Below, piece after piece: positions 48,857 to 58,736 of a stretch of DNA of 64,000 bases. The DNA lies in the NCBI GenBank assembly GCA_030428355.1, contig JAUIBL010000013.1, positions 13,849-77,848 on the forward strand. Reading direction: 5' to 3'. A program made the position numbers and the translations under genes. Below the pieces are notes generated by a model. It had not been told where the DNA came from and ran no database searches. It saw nothing but the letters and a program-made list of their open reading frames with translations. Each line of letters opens with the position of its first letter. Positions within the stretch are counted from its first letter, which is position 1. This stretch comes from Alphaproteobacteria bacterium. GTDB lineage: Bacteria; Pseudomonadota; Alphaproteobacteria; Rhodobacterales; Rhodobacteraceae.

Positions 48857-49939
48857 ATGCAACCGTCATACAAGGCTCTGGTGCCCTTCGTGTCGGTCGA
48901 CCACATGATGCAACTGGTGCATCGCGTGGGATTGGCCGAAATGATCCGCCGGATCGCGGAAGCGATCGAAGATGATTTCCGCCGCTGGGAAAGCTTCGAC
49001 AAGACACCCCGCGTTGCGGCCCATAGCCCGGTGGGTGTGATTGAACTCATGCCCACGGCAGACGATGCGCTCTATGCGTTCAAGTACGTGAACGGGCATC
49101 CCAAGAACACGTCCGAAGGGCTGCAGACCGTCACCGCCTTCGGGCTGCTGGCGGATATGGATACGGGCTATCCGGTTCTGCTGTCCGAGATGACCCTGCT
49201 CACGGCGCTGCGCACGGCGGCAATGTCGGCGGTGGCGGCCAAGTACCTCGCGCCCAAGGGGGCGACAACGATGGCGATGATCGGCAATGGCGCGCAGGCG
49301 GAGTTTCAGAGCATCGCCATGCAGGCAATCTGCGGGATCGACACGGTCCGGTTATATGACAAAGACCCGGCAGCAACGGTGAAATGCGCCGGGAACCTTG
49401 CGGGCACGGGCCTGACCATCGTCGCCTGCAGCAGCGCGGAAGAGGCCATCGAGGGCGCGCAGATCCTGACCACCTGCACAGCGGACAAGCGATACGCAAC
49501 GATCCTGACGGATAACATGGTTGGCAGCGGTGTGCACATCAACGCCATCGGCGGCGACTGTCCGGGCAAGACGGAACTGGCCCCGGCGATCCTGCACCGG
49601 TCGTCGATCTTTGTGGAGTACCCGCCCCAGACGCGGATCGAAGGCGAGATCCAGCAGTTGGAGCCGGATCATCCGGTAACAGAGCTGTGGCAGGTCATGA
49701 CCGGAGCGGTCGAGGGTCGCTGCGATGCGCGGGAGATCACGCTGTTCGACAGCGTGGGGTTTGCGATCGAGGATTTCTCGGCGCTGCGGGTGGTGCATCA
49801 GCTCACGCGCGAGACCGGGCTGAACCTGCCGCTCGACCTGTTGGCAGATCCGGACGATCCGCGTGATCTTTACGGGATGCTGATGCGTGCTGGTCCTTTC
49901 AGAGAAACAGCTTCGTCACCGCAACAATTGCCAAAGTAA
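48857..49939 (+). CDS. ocd: Ornithine cyclodeaminase
   Basis: FKYVNGHP, TALRTAA, IGNGAQAEFQ, GGDCPGKTE, FDSVGFAIED; follows arginase. Confidence 0.93.
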   Translation: MQPSYKALVPFVSVDHMMQLVHRVGLAEMIRRIAEAIEDDFRRWESFDKTPRVAAHSPVGVIELMPTADDALYAFKYVNGHPKNTSEGLQTVTAFGLLADMDTGYPVLLSEMTLLTALRTAAMSAVAAKYLAPKGATTMAMIGNGAQAEFQSIAMQAICGIDTVRLYDKDPAATVKCAGNLAGTGLTIVACSSAEEAIEGAQILTTCTADKRYATILTDNMVGSGVHINAIGGDCPGKTELAPAILHRSSIFVEYPPQTRIEGEIQQLEPDHPVTELWQVMTGAVEGRCDAREITLFDSVGFAIEDFSALRVVHQLTRETGLNLPLDLLADPDDPRDLYGMLMRAGPFRETASSPQQLPK

Positions 49940-50075
49940 GCGCAGATGCGCCCCCAGCGAAAATGACAAGTTCGTACCAGCGGGTTTCCTTATTGAGCTT
50001 GGCAGTCTCGGCGATGATGCGCGCAATTTCGGCGCGCATCTTGTCGTCGGCAAGCGCTTGTTCCCGTTCCGTCAT
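49899..50075 (-). CDS. Small protein with coiled coil and C-terminal TM (58 aa)
   Basis: MTEREQALADDKMRAEIARIIAETAKLNKETRWYELVIFAGGASALTLAIVAVTKLFL; GGAG/AGGA upstream; own promoter-like sequence. Confidence 0.7.
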   Translation of the reverse strand: MTEREQALADDKMRAEIARIIAETAKLNKETRWYELVIFAGGASALTLAIVAVTKLFL

Positions 50076-50118
50076 GTCCTGTCTCCGCTCATGAGCGTAT
50101 CCTGACGACTTCGCGGTT

Positions 50119-50147
50119 AATATAAGGTTATCGCCTGCTGCAATCAA
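50119..50147 (-). promoter_or_regulatory. Putative sigma70 promoter of the small gene
   Basis: TTGATT-N17-TATATT on the minus strand. Confidence 0.55.
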
Positions 50148-50194
50148 TTGATCGCCACGTGCAGCAGACGCGCGGCCCCCTTGGAACCACGACC

Positions 50195-51529
50195 TTACAG
50201 GTAATCCGACCGCTGCAGACCGTATTTGGCCATCTTCTCGTTCAGGGTCCGGCGTGGCAGGCACAGCTCTTCCATCACCGACGCGATCGACCCGCGATGT
50301 CGGCGCATCGTGTTGTCTATCAGCATGCGCTCGAACGCTTCGACATATTCCTTGAGCGGCTTGCCTTCGGTCGTCATCACCGGCTGCATCTCGTCATGGT
50401 CGGACATCAAAAGCGAGGCGATGGTCCCCGTCCCCCGGCGCGATTGCAGCACCGCGCGTTCAGCCAGATTGATGAGCTGGCGCACATTGCCGGGCCATGG
50501 CGCCTGCAAGAGTTGCGCGGCTTCCTGGGCGCTGACCTGTGGCGCGTCGCAGCCGTATTCATCTGCGAACTGGTCCGCCAAAGCCGTGAAGAGCGTCAGA
50601 ATGTCCTCACCCCGGTTGCGCAGCGGTGGTGCGGTGATCTTGAGTGCGGCCAGCCGGTAATAGAGATCGGGGCGCAGGGCGTCTTCGCAGTTGCGGCCTT
50701 CGTCCTGCAGGTTGCAGATCGCGACGATGCGGGTTTCCGGCGGCTTGCCCTGATCGTTGATCATGGTCAGAAGACGCGCCTGCGCCGTGTCAGACAGCGC
50801 TTCGATGTCTTCCAGAACCAGCGTTCCGCCCCGCGCCTCTTCCACCGCGGGAAGGCGCATGTCGTCGGGCTGCATCGGGCCGAACAGACGGCGGATCAGC
50901 GTATCCTCGTCCATCGCAGCACAGGAGATCAGAACGAATTTCTTGCCGGCCCGGCTGCCCACCGCGTGCAGCGCATGGGCCACAAGGGTCTTGCCGGTGC
51001 CGGTTTCGCCGTCGATAAGCACATGACCGTCAGCCTGTCCCAGATCGAGGATGTCTTCGCGCAGGCGCTCCATCGCGGGGCTGGTGCCAATCAGCTTGCG
51101 CATCATCTGCGTGCCGTCCCCCAATTCACGCCGCAGCGCCCGGTTGTCGAGCGTCAGGCGGCGCGCATTGGTGGCCTTCTTGGCGAGTTCGGACATGCGA
51201 TCCGGATTGAACGGCTTTTCCAGAAAGTCGAACGCCCCGATCCGCATCGCTTCGACCGCCATGGGCACATCACCGTGCCCGGTGATCATGATCACGGGCA
51301 GCGCGCTGTCCGAGCCCATCAGTTTGCGCAGAAGCTGGATTCCGTCCATTCCGGACATCTTGATGTCCGAGATCACGATCCCCGGATAATCCGCGCCCAC
51401 CGCCCCCAGCGCCTCTTCGGCGCTTGCGAAGGTTTCGGTGTCATAGCCCGACAGTGCCAGCCACTGGCTGATCGACTGGCGCATGTCCTTCTCGTCATCG
51501 ACAATGGCAATCTTCATGGCTTTTCCCAT
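50195..51529 (-). CDS. DctD/NtrC-family response regulator
   Basis: Receiver (IVDDE, SDIKM, ITGHGD, EKPF), GETGTGKT, DLYYRL, WPGNVRQL, Fis-type HTH. Confidence 0.9.
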   Translation of the reverse strand: MGKAMKIAIVDDEKDMRQSISQWLALSGYDTETFASAEEALGAVGADYPGIVISDIKMSGMDGIQLLRKLMGSDSALPVIMITGHGDVPMAVEAMRIGAFDFLEKPFNPDRMSELAKKATNARRLTLDNRALRRELGDGTQMMRKLIGTSPAMERLREDILDLGQADGHVLIDGETGTGKTLVAHALHAVGSRAGKKFVLISCAAMDEDTLIRRLFGPMQPDDMRLPAVEEARGGTLVLEDIEALSDTAQARLLTMINDQGKPPETRIVAICNLQDEGRNCEDALRPDLYYRLAALKITAPPLRNRGEDILTLFTALADQFADEYGCDAPQVSAQEAAQLLQAPWPGNVRQLINLAERAVLQSRRGTGTIASLLMSDHDEMQPVMTTEGKPLKEYVEAFERMLIDNTMRRHRGSIASVMEELCLPRRTLNEKMAKYGLQRSDYL

Positions 51530-51533
51530 GGGG

Positions 51534-53297
51534 TCACTCCGCCGCCTGCGTTTGATCGTTCAAGATCGGCAACTGCATTTCGAACACCGCCCCGCCTTCT
51601 TCGGCGTTGCGGGCCAGCAGTCGTCCTCCAAGGTCGTTGACGATCCCCGAGGAAATGGCAAGCCCCAGCCCCACACCGTCGCCCGGCTGCTTGGTGGTGT
51701 AGAAGGGCTCGAACAGCGCATCGAGATCCTCGATCCCGTGCCCGTTGTCCCGGATGGTCAGGGTCGCGGTCTCGCCACTGGCAAGGATGACCTCAAGCTG
51801 GGGGTCCGACACTGTTTTGGTCGCATCCAGAGCGTTGCGCAGCAGGTTGATCATCACCTGTTCGATCCGCATGCGGTCGCCCATCACCAGCACCTTGTCC
51901 TCGGGCAGGATCTTGGTGATCTTGACCTTGCGGGACTTGAGTTGCGGTTCCATCATCGACAGGCTGGAGGCCAGCGCGTCGCCCATATTCACAGGGGAAA
52001 ACGCCTCTTGGCCCTTGCGCGCATAGCTTTTGAGCTGGCGCGTGATGCCGCCCATCCGTTCGATCAGATCGTCGATCCGGCTGAAGGCGGCCAGCGCCTC
52101 TTCGGCGCGGTTGCGGCGCATCAGAAGCTTGGCGCCCGCAAGATAGGTCTTCATCGCCGCCAGAGGCTGGTTCAGCTCGTGACTGACCGCTGCCGACATC
52201 TCGCCCAGGGCCGCCAGTTTGGAGCTTTGTGCCAGTGTCTGTTCGGCCACCGCAAGGGTTTCCTGCACCCGTTCCCGTTCGGCGATTTCCCGCTGCAGCC
52301 GCTGGTTCAATGCGCGAAGCTCTGCCGACTCGCGCTGGAAAAGCGCCATGCGCAGGGCCGTCTTGCGGCTGAGCGCATAGAAGGCCATCGCGAGGAGAAT
52401 CGCGAATCCCATGATTTCCAGCGCCAGCACCGCATTCACCCGTTCGCGCACGCTGGCATAGGTGGTGAAGGTCACCATGTTCCAGCCGCGAAACGGGATG
52501 CGGCCTTCGATGCGCATCACCGCCTCACCCTGGAAATACGCATCGGCCGGCAGCGCCGTCCAATCCGCAGTGGCCCGGATGGCGCGTTCGATCGCGCTGT
52601 CCGCCGGTTCCCGTGCCAGCGCCGAGGCCACGGTCTGCCCGCGCCAGCGCGGTTCGGTGGCAAGGATGATCTCGCCTTCGCTGTTGGTCACCAAAACCGC
52701 GTCGGAAATCCCCGCCCAGGCGCGTTCGAATTTGGCCAGATCGACCTCGACCACGATCACACCGATGGACTGGCCCTGGCTTTCGATGCGGCGCGAATAG
52801 CTGAAGTTGTAGTTGCCCACCTCCTGACGCTGCGATGTGAACACCGTCGCGTTCGACCGAAGCGCCTCAACGAAATAGGCTTGACTGCGGTGCTGTTCGC
52901 CCAGCCGTTCTCGGTTGGTGGCGGCGACCGTGCGGCCATCGCGGTCGAGCAGCATCAAAGAGGCTGCGCCGATCTCGTCCACAAACGAGATCAGACGCTG
53001 CGAGCTTTGCGAGAAATCACCCGAGTTCAGCGCCCCGATCAGCGCCGGATCGCGCGCCAATAGCTGCGGCACGATGGCGTTGCGGCGCAGCTCGGACACG
53101 AGGTTGCCCGAGTAAAGCGCAAGGCGCAGTTCGGCGCGGTTGCGGGTGCTTTCGGTAAAACGGTCGGTCAGAAAGCGGTTGGTGACGAATACGGTCGCTA
53201 CCGCCACGGCCGTCAGCAGCATCAGAGCGACACGGACGCGCCAGGACAGGGACCCTGTCCGGGTGGTGTCTCGCATCACTGGTGTCCGTTTGACCAT
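51534..53297 (-). CDS. DctB-like sensor histidine kinase
   Basis: Two TM with periplasmic Cache-like region, VSHELNQPL, NLLRNA, DNGHG, FYTTK, GLGL. Confidence 0.9.
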   Translation of the reverse strand: MVKRTPVMRDTTRTGSLSWRVRVALMLLTAVAVATVFVTNRFLTDRFTESTRNRAELRLALYSGNLVSELRRNAIVPQLLARDPALIGALNSGDFSQSSQRLISFVDEIGAASLMLLDRDGRTVAATNRERLGEQHRSQAYFVEALRSNATVFTSQRQEVGNYNFSYSRRIESQGQSIGVIVVEVDLAKFERAWAGISDAVLVTNSEGEIILATEPRWRGQTVASALAREPADSAIERAIRATADWTALPADAYFQGEAVMRIEGRIPFRGWNMVTFTTYASVRERVNAVLALEIMGFAILLAMAFYALSRKTALRMALFQRESAELRALNQRLQREIAERERVQETLAVAEQTLAQSSKLAALGEMSAAVSHELNQPLAAMKTYLAGAKLLMRRNRAEEALAAFSRIDDLIERMGGITRQLKSYARKGQEAFSPVNMGDALASSLSMMEPQLKSRKVKITKILPEDKVLVMGDRMRIEQVMINLLRNALDATKTVSDPQLEVILASGETATLTIRDNGHGIEDLDALFEPFYTTKQPGDGVGLGLAISSGIVNDLGGRLLARNAEEGGAVFEMQLPILNDQTQAAE

Positions 53298-53364
53298 TGC
53301 GCCAAAATACGCAAATCGGGACCACCTCTCAAGCGGCGCTGCGTCACGCCTGCGTCAACCGGCG

Positions 53365-54033
53365 TCAAGCCGCCGCAAGCGCGCTGGCGATGCTTGCAAA
53401 CATCGCCTTGCCGTCGGTGCCCCCATGTTTGGCATCGGCGGCCCGTTCGGGATGGGGCATCATGCCCAGCACACGCCGGTTCCCGGAAAGGATGCCCGCG
53501 ATGTCCGCCGTCGACCCGTTGGGGTTTTCGGCATAGCGGAAGGCAATGCGGTCCTCGGCGGTCAGTTGCGCCACAACATCATCGGACGCGATGTAATTGC
53601 CGTCATGATGGGCAATCGGAATGTCGATCTGCTGCCCCACCTGATAGCCGCTGGTATAGACGCTGTCCGACGTACCCACCGTCAGGGGCACCGTGCGGCA
53701 AATGAACTTCAGACCGGCATTGCGCAGAAGCGCGCCGGGCAGAAGCCCGGTTTCCGTCAGCACCTGAAAACCATTGCAGATGCCCAGAACGAAACCGCCC
53801 CTTTCGGCATGCGCCTTGACCTCGGCACAGATCGGCGAGTTGGCGGCAATGGCCCCACAGCGCAGGTAATCGCCAAAAGAAAAGCCTCCGGGAATGCCGA
53901 CAATGTCGATGCCCGACGGCAGGGTCGTGTCCTTGTGCCAGACCATTTCGACCTGGCATCCCGCCTCGCGGAACGCCATGGCCAGATCCCGGTCGCAGTT
54001 GGAGCCGGGGAAAACAACAACCGCCGCGCGCAT
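53365..54033 (-). CDS. purQ: Phosphoribosylformylglycinamidine synthase subunit PurQ
   Basis: FPGSNCD, PGGFSFGDYLR, GICNGFQ, MMPHPER. Confidence 0.97.
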   Translation of the reverse strand: MRAAVVVFPGSNCDRDLAMAFREAGCQVEMVWHKDTTLPSGIDIVGIPGGFSFGDYLRCGAIAANSPICAEVKAHAERGGFVLGICNGFQVLTETGLLPGALLRNAGLKFICRTVPLTVGTSDSVYTSGYQVGQQIDIPIAHHDGNYIASDDVVAQLTAEDRIAFRYAENPNGSTADIAGILSGNRRVLGMMPHPERAADAKHGGTDGKAMFASIASALAAA

Positions 54034-54263
54034 CAGCTCAGCTCGATCCGATAGCTTTCGATCACGGTGTTGGCGAGCAGCTTTTCACACATCTCGCGCA
54101 CGGTGTCTTCGGACGTCCCATCCGCCAGATCAAGCTCGATCACCTTGCCCTGACGCACCTTTTCGACGCCGCCAAATCCAAGCCCGCCAAGCGCGTGCCG
54201 GACGGCCTCGCCCTGTGGATCGAGAACCCCGTCCTTCAGCATCACATGCACCCGTGCCTTCAT
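54033..54263 (-). CDS. purS: Phosphoribosylformylglycinamidine synthase subunit PurS
   Basis: LKDGVLDPQG, VRQGK, LLANTVIE. Confidence 0.96.
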   Translation of the reverse strand: MKARVHVMLKDGVLDPQGEAVRHALGGLGFGGVEKVRQGKVIELDLADGTSEDTVREMCEKLLANTVIESYRIELS

Positions 54264-54350
54264 GATCGTCTCCGACTTGTCCGGGAGCATGAAATCCCCC
54301 GTCTTCTGTATCCAACTATTAAGACGCGCGGCCCATCACAGGCCATCGCG

Positions 54351-55112
54351 TCAATTGATGAGCTTCGGTTTTTCCATGGGCGTCGCGTTCTGCGGCATCA
54401 CGCCCAGACGACGCGCGACTTCCGTATAGGCATCGGTCAGATTGCCCAGATCGCGCCGGAACACATCCTTGTCGAGCTTGCGCCCTGTCTCGATGTCCCA
54501 AAGGCGACAACTGTCGGGGCTGATCTCGTCAGCCACCACCAGACGCTGGTAATCCCCGTCAAAGACGCGGCCGATCTCGATCTTGAAATCGACGAGCTTG
54601 ATGCCGACGCCGTACATCAATCCTGACATGAAGTCGTTGACCCGGAGCGCAAGGCTCAGGATGTCGTCCATATCCTGCTGGCTGGCCCAGCCGAAGGCCG
54701 CGATGTGCTCTTCGGTGACCAGCGGATCACCCAGCTTGTCGTCCTTGTAGCAATATTCGACGATGGGACGCGGCAGCGGCGTGCCCTCTTCGATACCCAG
54801 ACGCTTGGCCATCGTGCCAGCGGCAAAATTGCGCACGATGACCTCGAGCGGGATGATCTCGCACTGGCGCACCAGTTGCTCGCGCATGTTCAGCCGCTTG
54901 AGGAAATGTGTCGGCACCCCGATGGAGTTGAGACCCACCATGAAGAACTCGCTCAGGCGGTTGTTCAACACACCCTTGCCGTCGATCACGTCGCGCTTTT
55001 CCGCGTTGAAGGCGGTCGCATCATCCTTGAAATACTGCACGATCGTGCCCGGTTCGGGGCCTTCATACAGGATCTTGGCTTTGCCTTCGTAAATCTTTTT
55101 GCGACGGGCCAT
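54351..55112 (-). CDS. purC: SAICAR synthase
   Basis: [37 protein letters not shown]; start MARRKK. Confidence 0.97.
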   Translation of the reverse strand: MARRKKIYEGKAKILYEGPEPGTIVQYFKDDATAFNAEKRDVIDGKGVLNNRLSEFFMVGLNSIGVPTHFLKRLNMREQLVRQCEIIPLEVIVRNFAAGTMAKRLGIEEGTPLPRPIVEYCYKDDKLGDPLVTEEHIAAFGWASQQDMDDILSLALRVNDFMSGLMYGVGIKLVDFKIEIGRVFDGDYQRLVVADEISPDSCRLWDIETGRKLDKDVFRRDLGNLTDAYTEVARRLGVMPQNATPMEKPKLIN

Positions 55113-55309
55113 GTGGGGTCTTTCTGTCAATGCGCCGGTGGGCACGAATACGGACTGCAAAGAGACATCTTCCCATAGGGAAAACGGCTGCGGTTGAGTG
55201 CCTCTTAGTGCATGCAGGACCGTGCCGCAAGCAACGCGCGCACTTGAACCGCGCGGCGCATCGGGCCATACCAGATGCAACACCAACACTTCCCCGGGAG
55301 AACACCCTG

Positions 55310-55624
55310 ATGTCGACTTTTGATGATCGCGAACACGCTTTTGAAAACAAGTACGCCCATGACGCGGAAATGCAATTCAAGGCCGAAGCCCGTCGCAACA
55401 AACTGCTGGGCCTCTGGGCGGCCGGGCTGATGGGCAAATCCGGCGATGAAGCTGCCGAATATGCCAAGGAAGTCGTCAAGGCTGATTTCGAGGAAGCCGG
55501 GCACGAAGACGTGGTCCGCAAGGTCTCGGGCGATCTAGGCGGCAAGGCCAGCGATGACGAGATTCGGGCCAAGATGGCGGAACTGCTGATCGAAGCCAAA
55601 GCGCAGATCATGAACGAAGTCTGA
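55310..55624 (+). CDS. DUF1476 / F1Fo-ATPase inhibitor zeta subunit
   Basis: [37 protein letters not shown]; GGGAG RBS. Confidence 0.9.
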   Translation: MSTFDDREHAFENKYAHDAEMQFKAEARRNKLLGLWAAGLMGKSGDEAAEYAKEVVKADFEEAGHEDVVRKVSGDLGGKASDDEIRAKMAELLIEAKAQIMNEV

Positions 55625-55645
55625 TCGGTCGGATCATGCACACAG

Positions 55646-55677
55646 CGCGCCCGCCCGCCGGGCGCGTTTTCTTTTTT
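55646..55677 (+). terminator. Intrinsic terminator
   Basis: CGCGCCCG-cccgc-CGGGCGCG followed by TTTTCTTTTTT. Confidence 0.7.
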
Positions 55678-55702
55678 ATGAACTGCGAGGGTCCGAGGCC
55701 GC

Positions 55703-56362
55703 ATGTCGCATATCGTTCTGGTCCGCCATGGACAGGCCAATACCGCCGCCCGCGATGAGGGCGGGTATGACCGGCTGAGTTCTCTGGGTCACCAGCAATC
55801 GGGCTGGCTTGGCGCACATTTCCGCCAGCGCGGCGATGTGTTTGCGCATGTCTGGACCGGCACCCTGCGACGGCATGTCGAAACAGCCGACGGCATCGCC
55901 GCTGAAACGCCCGGCCCGGTGACCCGTGACGAACGGTTGAACGAGCTGGAATATTTCACCCTGTCGCAGCTTCTTGCAGAGCAGCATGGCATCACCCTGC
56001 CGTCGAACCGCGAGGGGTTCTTGCGGCATCTGCCCTGCCTGTTCGAGCATTGGCGCGATGGCAAGCTGGAAGGCGCACCCGAAAGCTTTCAAAGCTTCGA
56101 GGCCAGGGTGCGGGATGCGCTGGATGAGATCAGCGCCCTGCAGGGGCGGTCGCTGGTGGTGACATCGGGCGGATTGATCGGCATGGCGATGCGGATCACG
56201 CTTGGGCTGGATATGCCCGCCTTCTGCCATGTGTGCCTTTCGATCCAGAACACCTCTGTCAGTTCCTGGGTGCCGCTGGACGGTCAACTGGCGCTGACCC
56301 AGTTCAACGCCCTGCCGCATCTGGACACGCCGGACAGGCTGTTTGCCCAAACGCATATCTGA
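55703..56362 (+). CDS. Histidine phosphatase family protein
   Basis: LVRHGQA, YDRLS..G..Q, GTLRRH, LNE, VTSGG. Confidence 0.9.
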   Translation: MSHIVLVRHGQANTAARDEGGYDRLSSLGHQQSGWLGAHFRQRGDVFAHVWTGTLRRHVETADGIAAETPGPVTRDERLNELEYFTLSQLLAEQHGITLPSNREGFLRHLPCLFEHWRDGKLEGAPESFQSFEARVRDALDEISALQGRSLVVTSGGLIGMAMRITLGLDMPAFCHVCLSIQNTSVSSWVPLDGQLALTQFNALPHLDTPDRLFAQTHI

Positions 56363-56458
56363 GCGCATTCGACGGAACGGCACAAAGAAGCACGGGACAG
56401 GGCTTTTGTCTGGCATCCGCGCTGGCTAGGCTGCGGCGAGTCGGAATGAGGGGATAGC

Positions 56459-57511
56459 ATGACCCATCTCTGGGTGCGGGCGGAAAGCCGCGAAAACGAA
56501 GAACGGGTGGGCATTCTGCCCGAAGGCGTGGCGGCGCTGATCGCGCAGGGAATGACCGTCACGGTCGAAGACAGCCCGACCCGCGTGATCCCGATTGCGG
56601 AGTATGACGCGGTGGGCGCGCAGATCGCGCCCGAGGGAAGCTGGGTCGATGCGCCCAAGGATGCCGTTGTTTTCGGGTTAAAGGAATTACCGGATAATGG
56701 TTCACCCCTGCGTCATCGACACATCATGTTCGGTCACGCCTACAAGGGGCAGCCCGCAGGACAGCAACTGCTGGCCCGGTTCAAGGCCGGGGGCGGCACG
56801 CTCTATGACCTCGAATATCTGGAAAATCCCGATGGGCGGCGCGTTGCCGCCTTTGGCTATTGGGCGGGCTATGCCGGTGCGGCCGTGTCCCTTCTGGCCT
56901 ATGCGGCGCAACGGGCGGGCACGCCCTGCCCCTCGGTCGACACATGGCCATCGTCTGCCGCGATGCGGGACGACGTCAAGGCGGCATTGGCGGGTGCCAC
57001 CCCCAAGGCCCTTGTGATCGGCGCGCTGGGACGTGTGGGGACTGGGGCGACGGACCTCTGCGAAGCGGTCGGACTAAAGGTCACGAAATGGGACATGGCC
57101 GAAACCGCCCATGGTGGCCCCTTCCCGGAAGTGCTTGACCATGCAGTGTTTTTCAACTGCATCCTTGCGCGTCCCGGCACGCCTGTCTTTGTTCCGGAAA
57201 ACGCTTGCACGCAGCCGCGCACCTTGCGGGTGATCGGCGACATCGCCTGCGATCCGGACAGCGATTTCTCTCCGATCAAGGTCTACGATCACGTGACAAG
57301 CTGGGCCACGCCGGTCACGCGGGTGTGTGACGACCCGCCGCTTGATGTCATGGCTATCGACAATCTGCCCTCGCTGATGCCGCGGGAGTCCTCGGAAGAC
57401 TTTGCCGCGCAGCTTCTGCCGCATCTCGAGACGCTGGGCGCCATCGACGCGGGCGTCTGGGGACGCGCAAAGACCTATTTCGACACGCATATCCGGAAGG
57501 TGACAACATGA
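56459..57511 (+). CDS. Saccharopine dehydrogenase, NAD+, L-lysine-forming (Lys1-like)
   Basis: WVRAE, GLKELP, FGHAYKGQ, LYDLEYL, AFGYWAG, GALGRVG, IDNLPS. Confidence 0.88.
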   Translation: MTHLWVRAESRENEERVGILPEGVAALIAQGMTVTVEDSPTRVIPIAEYDAVGAQIAPEGSWVDAPKDAVVFGLKELPDNGSPLRHRHIMFGHAYKGQPAGQQLLARFKAGGGTLYDLEYLENPDGRRVAAFGYWAGYAGAAVSLLAYAAQRAGTPCPSVDTWPSSAAMRDDVKAALAGATPKALVIGALGRVGTGATDLCEAVGLKVTKWDMAETAHGGPFPEVLDHAVFFNCILARPGTPVFVPENACTQPRTLRVIGDIACDPDSDFSPIKVYDHVTSWATPVTRVCDDPPLDVMAIDNLPSLMPRESSEDFAAQLLPHLETLGAIDAGVWGRAKTYFDTHIRKVTT

Positions 57512-58638
57512 CGATCCATTGGTGCGGCACGGGCCTGTCCTCGGTCCCCGGCCTTCGGCGGCTGATTCAGGACGAGCATTCCGTGACCGTGTGGAACCGC
57601 ACGGTCGAAAAGGCGCGCAAGGCGGTGGGCGACCTGATCGACGACATCCGCGTCTTCGATCCGGCGGCCTTGGCCGATGCGGTAAAACCCGGCGACGTGG
57701 TCGTGTCGATGTTGCCCGGCGACTGGCATGTGCAACTGGCGCAGATGGCCATCCACCACGGCGCGCATTTCGTGTCGTCCTCCTATATCGCGCCCGAGAT
57801 GCGCGCGCTGGATACAGCGGCCAAACAGGCGGGTGTGGTGCTGGTCAACGAGGTGGGGCTGGACCCCGGGATCGACCACCTGATGGCGCATCATCTCGTT
57901 GCGGATTATCGCAAGAGTGCCGCGTATGATCCTGAAAATGTTATCTCTTTCAAATCCTATTGCGGCGGCGTGCCGAAGGTCGCCAACGCGTTCCGCTACA
58001 AGTTCAGTTGGGCGCCTGTCGGGGTTCTGAAAGCGCTGCGCTCTCCGTCGCGGTCGATCCGGCACTATACCGAGCTTGAGGTCAAACGCCCCTGGGATGC
58101 GATCACGCGCTACGACGCGCCGCTGCCGCAACCCGAGGCATTCGAGGTCTATCCCAACCGCGACAGCCTGCCCTTCATGGCCGATTACCGGTTCGAGCCG
58201 ACATGGAAAGTCAAGGAATTCGTCCGGGGCACCCTGCGCCTCAACGGCTGGGCGGAGGCCTGGGCCGACATCTTTGCCGAGGTGGGCACCGCCAGCGATG
58301 ATCGTCTGGCCGAAATGGCGGCAGAGCTGCTGGAGAAGAACGCCTACGGACCGGACGAAGCCGACCGGGTGGTGCTGTGCGTTGACCTGCTGGCCGAGAA
58401 AGAGGGCCGTCCGGTCTGGCACAAGACCTATGTGATGGATGCCTGGGGGGATGCACGGGGCACGGCAATGGCGCGGCTGGTGTCGGTGCCGGTGTCACTG
58501 GCCATTGAAGCGGTGCTCAACCGCGAGATCCCACTGGGGGTCAGCCCTGCCCCGCATGATCCCAAACTGGTCGAGCGCTGGCTTGACGAGGTGCAGACGC
58601 TGGCGCAGCACCTGATGGTTGTGGATCATCTGAAATAG
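57508..58638 (+). CDS. Saccharopine dehydrogenase/reductase (Lys9-like)
   Basis: VSMLP, SSYI, NEVGLDPGIDHL, SYCGG, YKFSW, YPNRDS, RGTLR, AMARLV. Confidence 0.88.
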   Translation: MTIHWCGTGLSSVPGLRRLIQDEHSVTVWNRTVEKARKAVGDLIDDIRVFDPAALADAVKPGDVVVSMLPGDWHVQLAQMAIHHGAHFVSSSYIAPEMRALDTAAKQAGVVLVNEVGLDPGIDHLMAHHLVADYRKSAAYDPENVISFKSYCGGVPKVANAFRYKFSWAPVGVLKALRSPSRSIRHYTELEVKRPWDAITRYDAPLPQPEAFEVYPNRDSLPFMADYRFEPTWKVKEFVRGTLRLNGWAEAWADIFAEVGTASDDRLAEMAAELLEKNAYGPDEADRVVLCVDLLAEKEGRPVWHKTYVMDAWGDARGTAMARLVSVPVSLAIEAVLNREIPLGVSPAPHDPKLVERWLDEVQTLAQHLMVVDHLK

Positions 58639-58643
58639 GCGGA

Positions 58644-58736
58644 AAGGCGCTTCGAAGCGCCTTCGCCACGTCCTTTCGAAAGGACGCAAGAAAGCGGCTT
58701 CGATGCCACTTTCTTCAAGCCCGTTCGAACGGGCTT
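58644..58736. repeat. Four tandem TTCGA-centred palindromes
   Basis: AAGGCGCTTCGAAGCGCCTT; CGTCCTTTCGAAAGGACG; AAGAAAGCGGCTTCGATGCCACTTTCTT; AAGCCCGTTCGAACGGGCTT. Confidence 0.85.

Noticed and set aside
53365-55112. purL missing from purC-purS-purQ
   Set aside because: Split pur clusters are common in alphaproteobacteria; purL is probably elsewhere
58644-58736. Possible CRISPR mini-array
   Set aside because: Only a 5-6-nt core is shared; units are themselves palindromes; no cas genes
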